A stretch of 64,000 nucleotides of DNA, from assembly GCA_038087875.1 (NCBI GenBank), contig CM075998.1, positions 2,356,001-2,420,000 of the forward strand, in the 5' to 3' direction. How positions within the stretch are numbered: position 1 is the stretch's first letter; every line of letters begins with the position of its first letter. The position numbers were made by a program, and so were the translations under genes. A model generated the notes under the pieces. It was not told the DNA's origin and made no database searches. It saw only the letters and a list, made by a program, of their open reading frames with translations. This DNA comes from Malacoraja senta. Taxonomy: Eukaryota. Shown in pieces: positions 63,276 to 64,000 of the stretch.

Positions 63276-64000
63276 TAACTCATCTGTGCACAAGATATAT
63301 GTTGGGTCAAGCACGATGCAGCTGTATCTGTTTTTCATGATATTGGTGGAGGAATAAATGTTGGCCTGGATGTTGAGAAGAACTCCCCTGCTCTTCCTCA
63401 AAATGATTATGGGATGCCTTGTGTCACTCAGGGGTCAGATGTTGATCTTATTAGGTGGGTGGGTTGGGGAGTGGAGGTTAGCACATAAGGAGGAATGTGC
63501 ATGGGTCCTTCTCTGTAGAAGGGACAACATGATACAAATCTTGGTTGAGGAGAAGCCCTTTCTCTTTGCTGGGTGAACTACAGGAAACTATTAATTCTCA
63601 ATTTCAGAATCTAGAAGGAATTTTCTTGCACAAAGAGTTGCAAAAGTGTCGGGGAGCTCTCTGACTAAATATAGAGTGCTTGAAGCAGATATAAAGGGAA
63701 GCCTGATGTCCAGATGAGAATGGTTGGGCACAGGGAGAAGGCTGGGGAAAGGTTTCCAAATGTAGAACAGAGGGGTCAAATGGCCTGTTTCTCTGCTCCA
63801 GATTCACTGTAAAATACTGTACTGTCCAATTGACAGAGAAAAGTACTTTCAAGAAGTGGGCAGCAGCCATGACAAACACAGATTGAAACCAAATGGAGCC
63901 TGTGCCTTGCCAAATTTGGCTGGTTTTCCTGCCAAATTATCAATCAATTATTTGTTTTCACCCATTCTCCCCCTCTCCTTTCTCCCCTGCATGGTTGACT

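Overview
Eukaryotic genomic DNA, about 41% GC by eye, repeat-rich, with two 200-N gaps (9381-9580, 52703-52902). The repeat content points to a cartilaginous fish, probably a skate or ray: HER1/CR1 LINEs, HE1-type V-SINEs, DeuSINE-like SINEs, Penelope, and Rex1/Babar. The main gene is pa2g4 (EBP1) on the + strand. Coding exons 2-13 lie at 15334-30464 with human-like sizes and phases. Exon 1 is not visible and is probably in the first gap. Exon 3 carries one extra C (frameshift, most likely an assembly error), intron 11 is GC-AG, and exon 12 has tandem donors. A probable first coding exon of tensin-2 (MGCSISLDCC...EEKMRLTK, 47923-48021) is too short for the ORF track. Most ORF-track entries are noise or TE fragments. 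The most unusual accessory structures are: (i) four non-autonomous Helitron-like elements (A^TC...hairpin...CTAG^T), one carrying an antisense CpG-rich promoter-like array plus a THAP-domain first exon with a splice donor; (ii) many short Penelope-derived elements with a minimal hammerhead-ribozyme-like core, one with a clean 15-bp TSD; (iii) two TIR elements with apparent 7-bp TSDs; (iv) locally templated copies of a young CR1; (v) a structured ~100-120 nt element duplicated in pa2g4 introns 3 and 4. All homology calls come from recalled sequences, not database searches.
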